From assembly GCF_009914755.1 (NCBI RefSeq), contig NC_060934.1: a stretch of 64,000 nucleotides of DNA, one strand, 5' to 3'. The first letter of the stretch is position 1; every line of letters starts with the position of its first letter. The position numbers and the translations under genes are program-made. Source of the DNA: the human T2T-CHM13v2.0 reference genome, Homo sapiens. The notes below the pieces were generated by a model, which did no database searches, had not been told where the DNA came from, and was given only the letters and a program-made list of their open reading frames with translations. Shown piece after piece: positions 52,537 through 64,000 of the stretch.

Positions 52537-53333
52537 TTGAATAGATATTTGAATATAAGAGTATAAGAGTCTGGGGCTCAGGAGAGAATAGAGATCTGGA
52601 AATATATATTTGAGGATTATCAGCACAGAGATGAAATTTAAAGCCATAGACACATGAGATATATAGGAGATCACCAAGGGGAGAATATATCTATAAAATA
52701 GATAATAAGAAAGTGCTAAGTAATCCTAGAACCCTTTGCTGTTTAGACAGGAGAAGAAAGAGTCAGCAAATGAGACTGGGAAGTTGCCAGAAAAATCCGG
52801 GGTGTGTGGTATCCTAGAAGTCAGTCTAAAAAAAGGTTTCAAGAAGAAGCGAACAATCAATACTAATAATAGCCAACATTTATTGAATTGTTAAGTTGTG
52901 CCAGACAAGGTCTAAGTGCTCTATACATATTAAATCACAGAATCCTTCCACGACCCTATAATATAGTGTTAGAGTAGTATGAGCATCGTCCTTTTACAAA
53001 TGAGGAAACCTTGGCACAGGGAGGTAAGTAACTTGCCCATATTTTCACAGTTGATTCAAGACCAGATTCTTGTCCTCTGGTGTAAAGTGCTTTTAGACAC
53101 TATCCCCTGCTGCTGAGAGCTGAGACATATAGGAACAGGGAATTCACATTTAAATTTGGTAATGTGGAGGTCACTGGTGACTTTGACAGATTTCAGAGGT
53201 GGGTGGAATGAAAGCCTAGAGAGAGTGGGTTAAAGGAAGATAGGCAAAGATAGCTGGAAGTGAGGAGAGGGTAAGTGGGCCTAGGAAGAGAGAAAATGGG
53301 ACATGTTACAGAATGCTTTTGTGTTGATGGGAA

Positions 53334-53762
53334 TGAGACAGTGAGGTAGGCGGCAGGAATTTATTCTGGACCAGACTGAAGACTGGCTGTATGGAAGAGG
53401 TGAAAGCAGCTCTCCATAAGATGCGTCCACCAGTGCCATGTCAGTTTACCGTTGCCATGGCAACACTCAGAAGTTACCACCCTTTTTCTAGAAATGTCTA
53501 AATAACCTGTCCATTAATTTGCATATGATTTAAAGTTGGTATACATATGACTGCAGAACTGCCCCTGGGCTGCTGCTCTGGGTGCACTGCCGATGGGTAG
53601 CCCCGTTCCAAAAGGAGCAGTCCCTCTGCTGCTGCCGTGTACTCCTGCTTCAGTAAAAGTTACTGTCCAACATCACTGACTTGCTGTTAAATTCTTTTCT
53701 GGGCGAAGGCAAGAGGTCCCCTGGGCTAACCCCTAGTTTGGGGGCTCACCTGCCCTGCATCA
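53334..53762 (+). mobile_element. Solo ERV1 LTR (MER50/MER83/MER41-like group)
   Basis: TG...CA ends, near-TSD ggaa/gaaa interrupting L2, internal cagtgccatgtcagtttaccgttgccatggcaac...gaagttacc. Confidence 0.7.
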
Positions 53763-54596
53763 GAAATGATCTACTAGAAAGAAAATAACAGTCATGAAAA
53801 GGGAAACTGGTAGGAACAAAGCTCTTTAGTAGGTAAGAAGGAATGGGATCTACTTCTTGAGTGGAGACAGTGACCTCAGACAGGAGCAGAGATAGTGCAG
53901 CCCTCATATCAGATGGCAAGACTGTGGGGGAGCACACATATGGACAGACTTGTAGGTTTGGGGTAGGAGGATGTGAGAGTTGTCTTCTGATTTCTTCTGT
54001 GTTATTCATGTAAAAAGCAAGATCATCACTAAGGTAAATGGAAGAAAGGATTTGAGAAAAGAAAATGGGAAATAATTATCTAGGACAATAGGAAAGAAAC
54101 TCTATTAGGGTAATGTAATAGAACTTATCAGTAGTGCAAAGTGATTTTTTAAAATGTGTGGTCAAAAATAGAGGCCAGTCAGTTTAATTCTGTGTGTTTT
54201 TCTAGGAAGTTCATCTAGGGACACAGAGTGGGTAAAAAGTTGAATTTAAGCAGGGCTGGGATTTTCCTAAGGGAGCGAAATGGGGATAGGTCCATCCCCA
54301 CAAGTTATCTAAAAGTAAACACAAGGGACAAATTATAATGATGCATTATGGAATCTCAACTGGATAAAGAGAGAAGTGAGGTCAGTGAGAAGTTGATGAT
54401 GGAGGGCGAAAAAAGTAGATAGAACCAAAGGGTGGGTGTTCCTAATGTGGCCAAATATTTCGGCCTAGATATACTCAGGCAAGGGACCTGGAAAGAAATG
54501 TCAGAGAGATGTTTGACATTCAGACATTGAGGGTAGGTTCAGGTTATAACCTGGGATAAAGTTGAAAGGGAGGAGGCCCCGGTGCTGGATGAATAA

Positions 54597-54884
54597 TTTT
54601 TTTTTTTAATTATACTTTAAGTTTTAGGGTACATGTGCACAACGTGCAGGTTTGTTACATATGTATACATGGGCCATGTTGGTGTGCTGCACCCATTAAC
54701 TCGTCATATAACATTAGGTGTAGCTCCTAATGCTATCCCTCCCTCCTCCCCCGACCCCACAACAGGCCCCGGTGTGTGATGTTCCCCCTCCTGTGTCCAT
54801 GTGTTCTCATTGTTCAGTTCCCACCTATGAGTGAGAATATGCGGTGTTTGGTTTTTTGTCCTTGCGATAGTTTGCTGAGAATGA
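54597..54884 (-). mobile_element. Young L1PA 3' fragment (~290 bp)
   Basis: T-tract followed by ttatactttaagttttagggtacatgtgcacaacgtgcagg..., near L1PA consensus. Confidence 0.92.
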
Positions 54885-56724
54885 GTTTCTGTTTCTTCAA
54901 AGAGTAAGTTCCCATATACAGTCGAGTCTGTTTCTAGATTCTGTTCTGTTCACTGACATAGTCCTATGCCAAAATCACAACCATTTTGATTTACAGTATA
55001 TTTATAAATTAAGTTCTCTCACTATTTTTTTTTTTTTTTTTTTTTTAGTAACTACTATTTTGGCAAGCATTTTGCCCAGTTACAAAATAAAGTCCTTTGG
55101 AATCCTGACAGGAGCTGCATTAAATTTATGTATTAATTTATAAAAGTGACATTTTAAAAAGTCTTCCTATCCAGAAACATGACATACCTTTCCATTTATT
55201 CAGTTCTTGTTTTATGTCTGTTAATACAATTTTAGAGTTTCCTTCATATAGACTGTCTAGCTACATTTGTTAATGTATTTCTAGGTATTTTATCATATGT
55301 GGTTACTATCGTGCGTCTAGGTTTTTTTCCATTTCCATTTCTCATTTATTTTTCTCCATAAAAAGAAAAAAATTACTGTTTATGTATTTCTTATAACAGC
55401 GTCTTACCAAATTTGCTACTAATGCTAATCTCTTTTTAGTGTTTCTTGTTTTTTAGGTTCATCACAATATGTGTGAGTAAAGATAATTTTGTCTGTTCCT
55501 GTTTTATAACAATAGTTTTAGTACTTTGTCTTTTAAGGTACCATTTGCTTTTTTTTTTCTTTTATTTCAAGAAACAGTCTTTACTATTTTAGAATATTGA
55601 GTTAACTGTATTATTTTAATATTTTACTTTAATCTTTTTTGGAATAGCAGCTAAATTTTTTCAGATTCTTTTTTTTTTTTGCCAACTATTGATATAATCA
55701 AATGGTTTTGTTGCTAGTTTATATAATGAATTATGTTGAAGATTTTCTATTTCAAAACGATCTTTACATTCTTGGAATGTATCTTGTCCATGTTGTATTT
55801 TTTTCAATGCACTGCTGGATTCGACTTACTCATATGTGTATTTATAGCTTTTGCATCTATATGCTGCAGAAAGGCATAGATGAGGTCTTGTAAATTGATC
55901 TACATTAAGCTCCTGTAATGAGGGCTGTTCATAGACACAGTTGTACTCCCCCTGTAGATTTCTAGTGGGTTCCATTGTGTTCTATGGGAATGGTGCCTCC
56001 TGGGGATTCCGTGAGCAAAAATTATGTGAATATCCAGGAGACCCTACCTAAAAACGTGTCTGGCCCATAGTAGATCAGTTTACCCTAAGTTTCTGAATGT
56101 ATTGTCACTGAATTGTGTATATCATGTCTCTTACTTTTAGTATCAGCTGTAGTTGGGGTAATATCTTATTTCTTCTTCCTACTTGTATATTTTCCATAAT
56201 CTCTCTTTCTCCCCCTTGTTCAGCCTTGTTGGAGGTTTAATCTGTTTCATTCATGTTTTCAAAAACCAAGATTTTATTTAAAAACTTTAAAATAAATTTT
56301 AAATACTTTTTATTTTAAAATTTCATCTTTTTTTTAAAAAAAATCTTTTTTTGAGCTAATTATAGATCCGTGAGAAGTTACAAAGATAATACAGAGCATT
56401 CCCATGTACCCTTGATCCAATTTTCCCAATGGTTATGGCTTACATATCAAAACTAGGAGGTCAACCTTAGTACAAGGCATGCATGTACTTCTGGGCCATT
56501 TGATCACATGTGTGGATTAGTGTAGTCACCACCACAATCAAGATACGGAACAGGCTCATCCCCACAAACGTCTCTCTTGTTCTGTCCCTTTACAGTCATG
56601 CTTCCTCCTCCTCTTACTTTCCCTAACCTTTGGAAACTACTAATTTGTTCTCCAGATAGATAATTTTGTCATTTCAAAATTATCATATAAATGGAATCAT
56701 ATAGTATGTGATTTTTAAAATTAT

Positions 56725-60593
<3,869 letters not shown>

Positions 60594-61966
60594 TCAAGAC
60601 CCTTTTAAATTTTGTTATTCTCTAAATTTTGCAATTTAGCTATTAGCTTTGTAAAGTGTACATTCAGGGCAGAATTGTAGCCTGTCGGTGTTAGGTTATT
60701 TCTCTGCAGTCAGTTTGTGGAACATAATTTGACTGATGATAGATCTAAATCCACGCAGTAATCACTCAAAATGAGATGATATTTATTTCATATGCATGTG
60801 CTATATAATACTATGGTTATCAAAAATTGAATTAGGAGAATTGCGCCCAACGAGAATGGGCTTGTCTATGTGAGATTCATGTGGTTGTTATGCTTTCTTT
60901 TTAATAGTCCAACAAAAGAGAAAAGGCAAGATATAAATGAGTGATTCCGGAATCCATGCACCTAGAAAATGATTGTTTTGTCTATCTAGATTGGTTTTCT
61001 TTTGCATGTGAATTTCCAATTGTTCCAGCAACATTTGTTGAAAAGACTTTCTTTGCTTCATTGCATTACCTTTATTTTGACAAAGATCATTTGGCTATTA
61101 GAAACCCACGCGCTTGGAAAATGAGATCTCTCAGTTCTCCATGAGGTGGCAGCAGCTCCTCAGTAACATGAGAGACCCTGTGGTGAAGGTCAAGTTCAAA
61201 GACGCCTTAGGCACTGTCCAGCTGAGAATTTTCACAGGCTGTACTTTCTTTGGCCAGGTTTCCTCTGTGACTTTGTTTCTTTTATTTTCTTTTTGAGAAA
61301 ATTCAGCAACAAATCACCTTTTGATTATATCTGGGCCTTCCTGTTGTAAGATGGACTGCTTATACTGGTCAACAGACAGATTTCACAGCAGTCCTGGGGC
61401 CAAATTATAGTTTAGCAGCCACAGAGATTGACTTAGCTGGAGGTGGAGGAAATGGAAGCATAACCGATCTTGCAATTTTGGAGGAGAGAATTGCTTCCTT
61501 TCTATTGCATACATTTATCTTTTTATAGAGAAGTTTTAGGGGGTTGAGTAGAGGCATTACAGATAAAATGAGGATGCTACCAGTGTTTTATAAAACTGAG
61601 CCAATTTAGGGTTTTAAGATTACTTATTTATATATTTTTATATTTTTCCTTTAAAACCATTTTAGAGATTATACTGTGTTTCCTTTTGTGAGAGAGAAAA
61701 CTGTTTTCTGGAAGCACTCAGTTAAAATAAAGAATTTAAAATTGCGCTTCATTTTCCATCAAACTTTTAAAACTAAATTGTTTGATGATTTTGACTCTAA
61801 TATATTGAATACATTTAATTCTAATAGGCTTCCTTCTCCAAATGTTTCAAATTATAAGACAATCCTTTCATTGTATTCTTCATCAGAACCTGGCACTGTC
61901 CCTCTTTCTCTGCCTTTCTTTGCTTAAATTACGCTATTCTGGATGAGTAATGATAGACATACTTGA

Positions 61967-64000
<2,034 letters not shown>

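Overview
Primate, most likely human, genomic DNA (AluY, L1PA). It holds the complete + strand RAB18 gene: a CpG-island promoter at ~6.45-7.35 kb, seven coding exons (6764-40445) that splice by hand to a 621-nt CDS / 206-aa Rab GTPase ending in CSVL, an 87-nt in-frame cassette exon (33924-34010) largely derived from a MER58-type DNA transposon, and a ~4.2-kb 3'UTR with several poly(A) signals. The rest is intronic or intergenic sequence dense in Alu, L1, L2/MIR, hAT transposon and LTR relics, and almost all ORF-track entries are repeat artefacts. I find no new multi-gene system. The best second-look items are: a probable L1 3' transduction; short non-tandem duplications (possible templated insertions) downstream of the gene; a stop-free exon 3-6 circle; an inverted MER58 copy complementary to the cassette exon; a very tightly spaced inverted Alu cluster; and a solo LTR with perfect RFX and octamer motifs. 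Repeat subfamily names are by eye and repeat boundaries are approximate.
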